Source: Candidatus Hadarchaeales archaeon
GTDB taxonomy: Archaea; Hadarchaeota; Hadarchaeia; Hadarchaeales; JAWBSP01
Assembly (NCBI GenBank): GCA_038842485.1
Contig: JAWBSP010000001.1
Coordinates: 1-64,000 of the forward strand
Direction of reading: 5' to 3'
Length of the DNA: 64,000 bases
The position numbers and the translations under genes are program-made. Shown here one piece after another: positions 9,625-18,081 of the stretch. Below the pieces are notes generated by a model. It had not been told where the DNA came from. It saw only the letters and a program-made list of their open reading frames with translations, and made no database searches. Within the stretch, counting starts at the first letter, position 1; every line of letters starts with the position of its first letter.

Positions 9625-9856
9625 GGCGGGGACGGAAGCCCGCAAGTGTGGTAGAACCCAAGCCTACGGGCAAGGGGGAACCACCGAAAAACGAGGGTCA
9701 AAAACCTCGGAAGGCGGTGGGTAAGCGCCGGGAGGTTCGGCGCAAAACCACAAGTGCGGGAAAAAGACCCCGGACGCGAAAAAGCAGAAGTCGCAGGGAA
9801 GGTGGTCGAGCTTTCCCGGACTTCTGTCGAGTAGCGGAGGGGTCGAAGTCCCCGCC
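9625..9856 (+). ncRNA. Unidentified large structured ncRNA (~235 nt)
   Basis: Closing helix GGCGGGGAC 9625-33 / GTCCCCGCC 9848-56; at least 8 nested helices; cUACGg tetraloop; A-rich linkers; T7 tract immediately downstream. Confidence 0.75.
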
Positions 9857-9858
9857 AA

Positions 9859-9868
9859 TTTTTTTATA
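9859..9868 (+). terminator. Oligo-T terminator overlapping the probable polB TATA box
   Basis: TTTTTTT 9859-65 right after the closing helix; TTTATA 9863-68 lies about 30 nt before the polB ATG. Confidence 0.5.
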
Positions 9869-9898
9869 GCAGATTTTTGGAATCTCACCGAGTTTGCA

Positions 9899-12298
9899 AT
9901 GCGTGGCTACCTTCTCGATGCGTGGGAGGAAGGGTCCACCGTACGGTTGTTCGTGAAAACGCACGATCGAGTCGTGCTGGCTGTTGAGGAAAATTTCCTA
10001 CCCTACTTCTACGCGCTTCCCTCGACGGAGAAAGATTTAAAAACCCTGGAGAGGGTTGAGCTCACAGAAAAAGGCAGGATTATACGGCCGGTCTCCGTCC
10101 ATTTGGAGAGGAAAAAGCTAAAAGGAGAACCAGTGGAGGCAGCTAAGATTTTGGTTGAGAAGCAAGCGGACATCGAGCCACTGAGGCATTTTATAAGGGA
10201 TGCCATGAAACTCCCTCTCTTTGAGTACGACCTACCCCTCCTCCGCAGGTATTTCATCCTACGCGGTCTCTGGCCTTTCTGCGGTGTGGAGCTGAAGGGA
10301 AAGGAGGAAGCCGGAATCTTTAAGCTCCTCTCTCCACCTAGACCCGTGGATCTTCCAGAACCAGAGCTCAACATACTGGCTTTTGACATCGAGGTCTACA
10401 ATCCGGCTGGTTCCCCCCGTGTGGAGGTAGATCCCGTGATAATGATTAGCCTTGCGGACACAAAGGGCCTCAGAAAGGTTCTGACTTGGAAGGGCTCGGC
10501 GGGACTTGACTTTGTGGAGGAGTTAGGAGGAGAAAAAGAGATGCTGGCGAGGTTTATCGAGCTGGTGAGAGAAAGGGATCCGGACATTTTGGTGGGTTAC
10601 AACACTGATCTCTTTGACTTTCCCTATCTCAGGAGGAGAGCGGAGCTCCTGGGAGTAAAGCTGACGCTTGGTAGAGAGGGCTCTGAACCCTTGGCTAGGA
10701 GGAGGAGATTCGCTTCTGCCACTCGGGTGGAGGGAAGGGTGCACTGTGATCTTTACGCCATGGTGAACTTCCTTGCCCTTACCGGAGCCATAAGGTTGAT
10801 TCACTACACTCTTGGTGAAGTGTATAAGTATCTGACCGGGAAGGAAAAACCTGAGTTAGAATTCACGGAGATTGCAGAGGCTTGGGATGGGGGTGGGGAA
10901 AAGTACAGAAAGTTGCTGGAGTACTCCATGGGCGATGCTCAGGCGGCACTGGAACTCGCGCAGGAGCTCCTCCCCCTCTTCCTGCAGCTGGCGAAGGTCA
11001 TCGGACAGAGTTTGTTTGATGTCTGCAGAATGACCCCCGGTCAAATGGTTGAGTGGCTTCTGATTAGAGAGGCGCACGCAAGGGGGGAGCTGGTTCCTCC
11101 CAGGCCTATTGCCGAGGAGATGGAGGAGAGGGAGGAGGAGACGTACGTGGGGGCATACGTCATGGAACCCGAAAAAGGCATGCATGAGGATCTGGTAGTT
11201 TTTGATTTCCGCTCGCTTTACCCCTCGATCATCATTACGCACCGCATAGACCCTTTCAACCTCAACTGCTCATGTTGCGGGAAAGGTGAGGGCACCATTG
11301 TACCGGAGCTAGGCTACCGCTTTTGTTCAAGAAAGGAGGGCTTCATCGTACCCGTGCTACAGAGGTTGGTGGAGGAACGGTTGAAATTGAAGGCCCAACT
11401 CAAGGGATTAGAGAAAGATTCTGGGGAGTACAGACTGCTCTTCGCCAGACAGAACGCTCTGAAAATCATTACTAACAGTTTCTACGGTATGTTGGGTTTT
11501 TCTAGGGCACGTTGGTATTCCAAGGAGTGCGCTGAAAGCATAACTAGCTTTGGCCGGTGCTACATCCACAAAACCATTGACATGGCTCGGAACTTTGGAT
11601 TTAAGGTGATTTACGGCGACACGGATTCCTTGCATTGTAAACTGGATGGAAAGACGAGAGAAGATGCGTCAAAGTTCTTGAGGCAGGTAAACGAGGAGCT
11701 TCCGGGGATGATTGAGCTTGAGCTTGAGGGATTCTATCCACGCGGTGTGTATCTCACCAAGAAGCGCTACGCCCTAATTGACGAAAAGGGAAGGCTGACC
11801 GTTAAGGGGCTGGAGTTCGTGAGGAGAGACTGGGCCGGGATAGCCAAGAAGACGCAGGAAAAGGTGCTAGATGCCATCCTTCGGGAAGGATCCCCCTCAA
11901 AGGCCTTTGAAATCATCCACAAGACCATCCAAGAGCTGCGCGAGCAGAAGATTCCCCTCGAGGACCTCATCATATACACCCAGCTCAAGATGTCGCTTGA
12001 CGAATACAAAGCCGTTGGACCGCATGTGGCAGTGGCAAGGAAGCTTAGGGAGAGAGGGAAACCAGTCGAGCCTGGAATGATGATTGCCTATGTTGAGGCA
12101 AAGGGGGTGGGAAGCATAAGCGACAGAGCCTTTTCCGTAGAGGAGTTTAAGGAAAAGAAGCTGAAGTATGATCCAGATTACTACATCAACCATCAGGTTC
12201 TGCCGGCCGTGATGAGAATCATGGAGGCACTGGGGTACACGGAGGAGGACCTGAGGTCCGAGGGAAAACAGGTAAGTTTGGGTAAATTCTTGAAATGA
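9899..12298 (+). CDS. polB: Family B DNA polymerase
   Basis: ExoI FDIE, ExoII YNTDLFD, DFRSLYPSII, KIITNSFYG, YGDTDS, KKRY, GLEFVRRDW; C-terminal PIP box QVSLGKF. Confidence 0.97.
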   Translation: MRGYLLDAWEEGSTVRLFVKTHDRVVLAVEENFLPYFYALPSTEKDLKTLERVELTEKGRIIRPVSVHLERKKLKGEPVEAAKILVEKQADIEPLRHFIRDAMKLPLFEYDLPLLRRYFILRGLWPFCGVELKGKEEAGIFKLLSPPRPVDLPEPELNILAFDIEVYNPAGSPRVEVDPVIMISLADTKGLRKVLTWKGSAGLDFVEELGGEKEMLARFIELVRERDPDILVGYNTDLFDFPYLRRRAELLGVKLTLGREGSEPLARRRRFASATRVEGRVHCDLYAMVNFLALTGAIRLIHYTLGEVYKYLTGKEKPELEFTEIAEAWDGGGEKYRKLLEYSMGDAQAALELAQELLPLFLQLAKVIGQSLFDVCRMTPGQMVEWLLIREAHARGELVPPRPIAEEMEEREEETYVGAYVMEPEKGMHEDLVVFDFRSLYPSIIITHRIDPFNLNCSCCGKGEGTIVPELGYRFCSRKEGFIVPVLQRLVEERLKLKAQLKGLEKDSGEYRLLFARQNALKIITNSFYGMLGFSRARWYSKECAESITSFGRCYIHKTIDMARNFGFKVIYGDTDSLHCKLDGKTREDASKFLRQVNEELPGMIELELEGFYPRGVYLTKKRYALIDEKGRLTVKGLEFVRRDWAGIAKKTQEKVLDAILREGSPSKAFEIIHKTIQELREQKIPLEDLIIYTQLKMSLDEYKAVGPHVAVARKLRERGKPVEPGMMIAYVEAKGVGSISDRAFSVEEFKEKKLKYDPDYYINHQVLPAVMRIMEALGYTEEDLRSEGKQVSLGKFLK

Positions 12299-13185
12299 TG
12301 GAGCCGAATGAAATCGAGCTTTACAGGAAGGCTGGCAAGATCGCTGCGCAGGTGAGAGAGCGGCTCAGGGCGGAGGTAAAGCCCGGAGTGAAAATCCTAG
12401 ATATAGCCAAGCGCGCGGAGGATATCATCCGAGAGCTGGGTGCTCAACCAGCTTTCCCAGCCAACATCTCCCTCAATGAGGTGGCAGCTCACTACAGCCC
12501 GCCTCCTTGGGATGAAACGGTAATAAAAGAGGGCGATGTGGTCAAGGTGGACATCGGTGTCCAAGTGGATGGTTACATTGGGGACACGGCCTTCACGGTG
12601 GGAGATGAAAGGCTGGTTAGTGCCGCTGAAAGGGCGTTGGAAGAGGCTGTTAGAGCGACGAGGCCTGGTGTGGATGTTGGGGAAATTGGGGCGGCGGTGG
12701 AGAGGGTGGCGAGGGGGAGCAATCTTAAGCCCATACAAAACCTCACGGGACACTCGCTTGGAAGGTGGGAGCTACATGCTGGTCTTTCGATCCCGAATGT
12801 AGGGGGTGAGACGGGTCAGAAGCTTGAGGTGGGGCAGGTTCTGGCGATAGAGCCTTTTGTGACGGAGGGTGCAGGGTTTGTAGAGGAGGATGAGAGGAGA
12901 ATCTATATATATTCCTTTCTCAGGGAATCCCCCATTAGATCTAGGATGGCTAGAGAGCTGCTGAGGGAGATTAAGAAGAGGTACCCGACCCTGCCGTTTT
13001 CCATACGATGGCTGGCTGAGGGCATGTCAAGACTCAGGCTGGAAATCACCCTCCGTGAACTTAGAGCGGCGGGGGCAATCAGACCTTACCATGTTCTAGT
13101 GGAGCGGGCCAAGGGTAGAGTGGCTCAGGCGGAACATACAGTTATCGTGACTGAGAATGGTTGTGAGATAACCACCCTGACCTGA
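12295..13185 (+). CDS. map: Methionine aminopeptidase type II
   Basis: AAHY, KVDIG, GDTA, LTGH, AIEPF, QAEHT. Confidence 0.95.
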   Translation: MMEPNEIELYRKAGKIAAQVRERLRAEVKPGVKILDIAKRAEDIIRELGAQPAFPANISLNEVAAHYSPPPWDETVIKEGDVVKVDIGVQVDGYIGDTAFTVGDERLVSAAERALEEAVRATRPGVDVGEIGAAVERVARGSNLKPIQNLTGHSLGRWELHAGLSIPNVGGETGQKLEVGQVLAIEPFVTEGAGFVEEDERRIYIYSFLRESPIRSRMARELLREIKKRYPTLPFSIRWLAEGMSRLRLEITLRELRAAGAIRPYHVLVERAKGRVAQAEHTVIVTENGCEITTLT

Positions 13186-13199
13186 GCTATCGAAAGTGC

Positions 13200-13853
13200 T
13201 TATCTTGAGAGGAGAAACATGGCATGATCTTTTTCGAAGGGTTCGAGCGTTCTGAAGTCAATTAAGAGCATTTCCTTTTCAAGCTTTTTTTTCTCCCTCT
13301 CAAAAACCTCCTTAGGTTTGGCTGTGACATCTACCGCTCTCGCTTTTAGAGCAAGCAGAGCGTATCCCCCACGCTTCAGGAAAACTTCAGCATTTTTGAG
13401 CAGGATTTCGGTCTGGTCGGGCTGGGCCACATCTTCGTAGACCACATCCACCTCGCTAACTAGGAAGCGATATTCTTCAGGGCGTCTGGCGTCTGCGAGG
13501 ATGGGGACCATGTTTTTTCTGTTCCCGCAGGAGATCAGGAGGTCCCTCAGTGAGCGTGCCGAGAACTCGATGCAGTAAACCACCCCCCTGACTCCCACCA
13601 AGTCGGAGACGTGGCTGGCGGTGGTGCCCGATGCCGCGCCAAGATAGAGCACCTTGGAACCCTCCCTTATGGGGAGTTTCTCGAGTCCTTTCACCAGGGC
13701 CGCTGCGAGTTTGCTCCTGAAGGGATCCCAAATCCTGTATTCTTTTCCCTCCACGGTGACCAGCTCTTCACCGTATACCTTGGTTCCGGGGCAAAGGTTT
13801 GGGGTGGCCGGTCTCCTTCTTCCCCCCACTTCTACCCATCTCAGCTCACCCAT
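13200..13853 (-). CDS. flpA: Fibrillarin-like 2'-O-methyltransferase
   Basis: WDPFRSKLAA, VLYLGAASGTTASHVSD, DVAQPDQ, LEPFEKDH. Confidence 0.96.
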   Translation of the reverse strand: MGELRWVEVGGRRRPATPNLCPGTKVYGEELVTVEGKEYRIWDPFRSKLAAALVKGLEKLPIREGSKVLYLGAASGTTASHVSDLVGVRGVVYCIEFSARSLRDLLISCGNRKNMVPILADARRPEEYRFLVSEVDVVYEDVAQPDQTEILLKNAEVFLKRGGYALLALKARAVDVTAKPKEVFEREKKKLEKEMLLIDFRTLEPFEKDHAMFLLSR

Positions 13854-14940
13854 GGATTTCCCTCAGTCTCTCCTCGAGTTTTTTGGAGAGTTCATCTCCC
13901 ACGAATCTCCCGGAGGTGGCGTCCACCCTCGCCGCCAGCACTAGCTTTCCTGCCAATGCTCTAGCAATTTTTCCCCGCAGCTGTTTGGGTGCGCCCCGAA
14001 GACTGGGGTGGAGGTATATAATCCCATGCTTGGGTCTTTTGCCTTTCGTTTTGAGTGCTCTGAAATAACTCTTCTCTGCGCCTAGTATTTGCAGATGTCC
14101 CGCGGTTAAGCTTGCGAGTTCCTTCAAACCCCCCGCTTTGGAGATAAGTTTAGCCCCAAGCGTTGCCCCGGCGAGCGCCCGAAGGTTGGGTGCAACCTCC
14201 TTCATCAGTTCGTCCAAGCGATCCTCGATTTTCTCCCTGAGTTCCAAGAGCGAGAGAAGGGATGTTGCTCCCCTTTGTATTACTTCAAGGGTTCCGTCCG
14301 GGAGTTCGGCACCGAGGGAATTCTGAGCTTCTCCTACAATCTGAGCCGCTCTTTTCTTGGAGAATCCAAGCCTCTCCAAGGCACCGAAATCTAGTTGTTT
14401 TCTTCCTCCTAATGAAATTATCTTGAGATTTTCTCGAAGTTCAAGATTTAATCTTAAAAGTTCGGGGAAATGGAGCGCGTACCACTCCGTGAGTAGGGAG
14501 GCAAGCGTGTTGATATACTTATCCAAGTTCTCGAGAACCCTGGTGCCTAGGACGATGGACTCCTCCTTCCGTGAGGCTTCCTTCCTCACCCTCGCGATGG
14601 CAATCGATCTTGCCAGTTCCCAGAGTTCATCGGTAGGACAGAGCTCAGGTAGCAGGGCACGAAGGCGGCTACCCCCCGCACTCGGAAACTTGACTTGGAC
14701 TTCCACTCCTAACTTCTCCCTTAGGGCGGAAGCCAACTGCCTGTCCTCTGAGCTGAAACGCTTGAAGCCCCTCGCGATTAGCTCTTGGGCGAGTTGGAAA
14801 TGCTCCTCAGTGGGCTCGCCTCTAAGCATCTGCTCTAGCCTGCTAAGTCTGGCTTCCTTGGGAAAAAGCTTCCTTCCAACTTCCACCCCTTTATCGAAGG
14901 CGAAGACGCCCAGAAAGCACTCCGTGAGGTCGGCTTCCAT
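13846..14940 (-). CDS. nop5: Box C/D RNP protein Nop5/Nop56
   Basis: EWYALHFPEL, APNL, QILGAEK, PKHGII, GKIARALA. Start moved to ATG 14940 (MEADL) to avoid the divergent gene. Confidence 0.93.
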   Translation of the reverse strand: MEADLTECFLGVFAFDKGVEVGRKLFPKEARLSRLEQMLRGEPTEEHFQLAQELIARGFKRFSSEDRQLASALREKLGVEVQVKFPSAGGSRLRALLPELCPTDELWELARSIAIARVRKEASRKEESIVLGTRVLENLDKYINTLASLLTEWYALHFPELLRLNLELRENLKIISLGGRKQLDFGALERLGFSKKRAAQIVGEAQNSLGAELPDGTLEVIQRGATSLLSLLELREKIEDRLDELMKEVAPNLRALAGATLGAKLISKAGGLKELASLTAGHLQILGAEKSYFRALKTKGKRPKHGIIYLHPSLRGAPKQLRGKIARALAGKLVLAARVDATSGRFVGDELSKKLEERLREIHG

Positions 14941-14964
14941 TTCAGATATAGGGTGAAAGTTAGT

Positions 14965-15681
14965 ATGCGAATTGCGGCAACTGCGGATATCCACTCTCCT
15001 CTTTATCTGGAGCAGTTTAAACTCTCGCTTGAGGCGTTGGATAAAGTTGACTTGTTTCTCTTGGCGGGAGATCTCGTATTGAAAAATCAAATCCAGGAGC
15101 TGGAAAGAGTTCTCTCTGCCATCCGCAAGGTGTATCAGGGTCCCATCCTTTCCTGTTTTGGGAACGAAGAGTACGAACAGGATTGGGAGAAGTACCTAGC
15201 GTTTGGAGAAATGGAGTGGCTTGAGGGGCGCGCACGGGTTTTGGAGACACGGGAGGGGAAGGTGGCCATCGCTGGCTCGAAGGGCTCCCTCGACCGTCCC
15301 ACTTTCTGGCAGAGGAGGAATGTACCGGGAATATGGAAGACCTATGCGGAAAGAGTGAACGTGCTGGATTCCATTCTCGCGGATATCAAGGCCGAGATAA
15401 AAATTGTTCTCACGCACTATTCTCCCACTTATAGAACTCTGGAGGGGGAGAGAGAATCTGCTTGGCCAGAGATGGCTTGCAAAAAGCTAGAGCGGGTGAT
15501 CGAGAGCAGGCAGCCAGATGTGTGGATTCATGGGCACGCGCACAGGGGAAAAGTGCCCAGTTTATACATAGGGAAGACGCTGCTTCTGAATGTTTCCTTC
15601 CCGGCGAGGGGCTCGATCGTGGTTTTTGAGGTTCCGAGAAGAACTGGTTTAGATCTTTTCTTGAGTACCGCTCCAGGCTAG
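14965..15681 (+). CDS. Metallophosphoesterase
   Basis: ADIH, AGDL, GNEE, THY, HGHAH; ATG at 14965. Confidence 0.85.
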   Translation: MRIAATADIHSPLYLEQFKLSLEALDKVDLFLLAGDLVLKNQIQELERVLSAIRKVYQGPILSCFGNEEYEQDWEKYLAFGEMEWLEGRARVLETREGKVAIAGSKGSLDRPTFWQRRNVPGIWKTYAERVNVLDSILADIKAEIKIVLTHYSPTYRTLEGERESAWPEMACKKLERVIESRQPDVWIHGHAHRGKVPSLYIGKTLLLNVSFPARGSIVVFEVPRRTGLDLFLSTAPG

Positions 15682-15716
15682 ATGATTAATCGATAAAACA
15701 TCTGAGGTGGAATGAG

Positions 15717-16484
15717 ATGTTGAGGTTTGATCTCCGAACCGAAAGCCAGAGGCTTAGGCAGCTGATTCAGCGAGTTGAACAGGATGAGGAGCTCGAGCAA
15801 CTCTGGAAGTGTTCAAATGTTATGGCTATAGATCGTCTCGGATACACTGACCACGGACCCGTGCACGCAAAAATCGTGGCAGAGAATTGTTTGCGCCTCT
15901 CTCAGCTCCTGAAGGGCGTGCAGCTGCCAGGGGTTTGCAGAGACTACGGGCTATCTGAGGAGTATTCAGAGATCGTGCTCTTCCTCGCGGCTATTTTTCA
16001 TGATCTAGGAATGGTGATTCAGAGACACGGGCATGAGATGTACAGTGCTTTTCTGGCTTACCCACACTTGGAGAGGTTACTCAGGGATTTCTCCCCGCAG
16101 GAGCGGGCCATAATCATTTCCGAGGTCCTTCATGCCATTACCTCACACTACACTGGGGAGGCCCTAACCAAGGAGGCAGGGATCCTCTGCGTGGCGGACG
16201 CGCTAGATATGGAGAAAGGCAGGGCGAGAATACCCTTTCATGCTGGGAAAGTAGACATCCACTCCGTCTCCGCCTTAGCCATAGAGAGGGTGGAGATTTT
16301 AAAGGGGGAGCGGAAGCCCGTCAGCATAAGGATAGAGATGTCCAACTCTGCCGGGATTTTCCAAGTGGACCAACTGCTGGGAGATAGGATAAGGAGATCG
16401 GGTCTGGCAGACTACCTTGAGGTCGTGGCGGAGGTCACCGAGAGGGAGAAGAAGATTCTTCACAGGTTCGAGCTCAAAGCCTAG
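15717..16484 (+). CDS. HD-domain phosphohydrolase
   Basis: DHGPVH, FHDLG, VADALD, GRARIP. Confidence 0.85.
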   Translation: MLRFDLRTESQRLRQLIQRVEQDEELEQLWKCSNVMAIDRLGYTDHGPVHAKIVAENCLRLSQLLKGVQLPGVCRDYGLSEEYSEIVLFLAAIFHDLGMVIQRHGHEMYSAFLAYPHLERLLRDFSPQERAIIISEVLHAITSHYTGEALTKEAGILCVADALDMEKGRARIPFHAGKVDIHSVSALAIERVEILKGERKPVSIRIEMSNSAGIFQVDQLLGDRIRRSGLADYLEVVAEVTEREKKILHRFELKA

Positions 16485-16494
16485 CAATCCAGCT

Positions 16495-18081
16495 TTAGGC
16501 GAGCAAAGTATTCACAAGCTGTTTTCCAAAGAGTGAGAAAATCGTGAAGACGAGGAGAGATGCGGGGAGGGCCTGTGCCAGCAGGTGGTGTTCTATGGCT
16601 TGGTTCCTACCGTTTTCGAGCCTGCAGCAGAAGACCGAGCACACCCAGACCAGTCCTAGACAGTAGATCCCGAGCGCGAGGAGGAGCAGGGAGGGGTTTA
16701 GCGAGAAGGCAAGTAGCCCGGATCCGCCGCGCTGGAGGAGAAAGAGCATTCTGGAAGTGACGGAGAGGATCGCCGGGCCAAACAGGAGGGAAAGCGAACG
16801 CATGGATGCTGTTATTCCGCTCAGGAGGCGTTTTCCCTCCGCCTCAACCTTCTCCAGATCCCGGAGGTGTTCAGAGAGTTTCACGAGTGCCTGTCCTGCT
16901 TCCAAAGTACTCCGCTCAGCCACCGAGACGGCTAGATGGAGGTTCTCCCTCACTCGTTCGGAGCAGATTTCCGCCAGCACCCCCTTTGTTGGATCGAAGA
17001 GGGACCAGTAGAGCCCCATATTGCCTAGCCTCAGGTTTGTGGATCCCCTTCTTAAAATTCTGGAGAGTTCACCACCTGAGAGGTTTCCCAGCATCTCCTC
17101 CACAGGTTTTCCTCTCAGCATTCCGGTCCCAATTCGTCTCAGCAAATCGGGCAATTCCTTCTCCATCTCAAGGGCCTCCTCCCTTCTTCTGAAGCTCTTC
17201 CGGGAGGCGAGCCAGAGGAAAAGGGAGAGGAATAGGGTAGGGTTCCAGAGCAGGAACCACACCAGTGTCTCTCCTCGGAGCCAGATACAGGGGAATCCGA
17301 GGGTCAAACACAGGGGAAGGAGCCGGTGCTCAGCTGGTAGGGGTTCTTCTTTGGGAGGCAAGGGGTGTTTGGAGAGAAGGAATTGTGCGAGCAGATGGGT
17401 GAGCAAGAGGGAGGCGCCCAAGAACCCGATCACACCAGCAGTTCCCAGGCTGAGACCGAGAGCCGAGAGGACGGGAAGTGCGGGCAGGAGGGCGAGCGGC
17501 AGCAGAATTCCTATTGAGTAGAGAATCAGGGAAGGTGTGTACAGCCAGGTGGAGAAGGAGAGGAGTTCTGCTTTGGTTTCCTCCAGAACTCTGTCGATCA
17601 CTTCCTCGAGCATTTTCTTCCTTTCCTCACCCGCCTCCACGGAGCATCTCATGAGTTCCACCGCCCGCTCGAACCGCTTGAGTCCCCATTTCTTGGAGAA
17701 TTCCCTCAAGGCCTTTTCAAAGGTGGTTCTGCCTAAAATGGCCTTTCTGAGGTAGGGTGCAAGTTCTCGCGAGAGCTCCTCGTCTGAGTGCTCCACCGCG
17801 AGAGTCACAGCCCGCTCAAAGTTGGGGGAGAGTCTGAGGGAGAGAGCTAGGTAGATTAGGAATTTATTGGCACTGGCCGACAGCTGGTTTCTCAGCTCCG
17901 CCTCCCTAAGCTTCATCCGGAGCAGGTGGAGCGGGAGGGGGAGAAAACAAACAAGGGTTCCTAGGCAGAATCTGGGGTCAAGGAAGGAGAGGAGCGAGAA
18001 GACCAGTCCACCAGCCAGGCAGGGGAGGTATGTCTTGGGCCCAACCCTCAATTCACCCTTCCAAGCAGCCAGTGATGCCAC
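16495..18081 (-). CDS. Type IV pilus/type II secretion membrane platform protein (TadC/GspF-like)
   Basis: Two GspF-like cytoplasmic repeats (SPNFERAV; ELPDLL...GKPVE), each followed by TM helices; directly after the secretion ATPase. Confidence 0.7.
   Translation of the reverse strand: MASLAAWKGELRVGPKTYLPCLAGGLVFSLLSFLDPRFCLGTLVCFLPLPLHLLRMKLREAELRNQLSASANKFLIYLALSLRLSPNFERAVTLAVEHSDEELSRELAPYLRKAILGRTTFEKALREFSKKWGLKRFERAVELMRCSVEAGEERKKMLEEVIDRVLEETKAELLSFSTWLYTPSLILYSIGILLPLALLPALPVLSALGLSLGTAGVIGFLGASLLLTHLLAQFLLSKHPLPPKEEPLPAEHRLLPLCLTLGFPCIWLRGETLVWFLLWNPTLFLSLFLWLASRKSFRRREEALEMEKELPDLLRRIGTGMLRGKPVEEMLGNLSGGELSRILRRGSTNLRLGNMGLYWSLFDPTKGVLAEICSERVRENLHLAVSVAERSTLEAGQALVKLSEHLRDLEKVEAEGKRLLSGITASMRSLSLLFGPAILSVTSRMLFLLQRGGSGLLAFSLNPSLLLLALGIYCLGLVWVCSVFCCRLENGRNQAIEHHLLAQALPASLLVFTIFSLFGKQLVNTLLA

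Noticed and set aside
9625-9856. Calling the structured element RNase P RNA, SRP RNA, tRNA/tmRNA or a MITE
   Set aside because: No P4 consensus regions, no SRP helix-8 motif and no T arm despite the CCGCCA end. Single copy in the window, no clear target-site duplication, and strand-asymmetric loops argue against a MITE. Not fully excluded without cmscan.
9648-9869. 73-aa basic ORF (and antisense ORFs 9664-9888, 9698-9964)
   Set aside because: The K/R/G/P-rich composition is what A-rich linkers and GC stems produce; extensive nested pairing favours an RNA.
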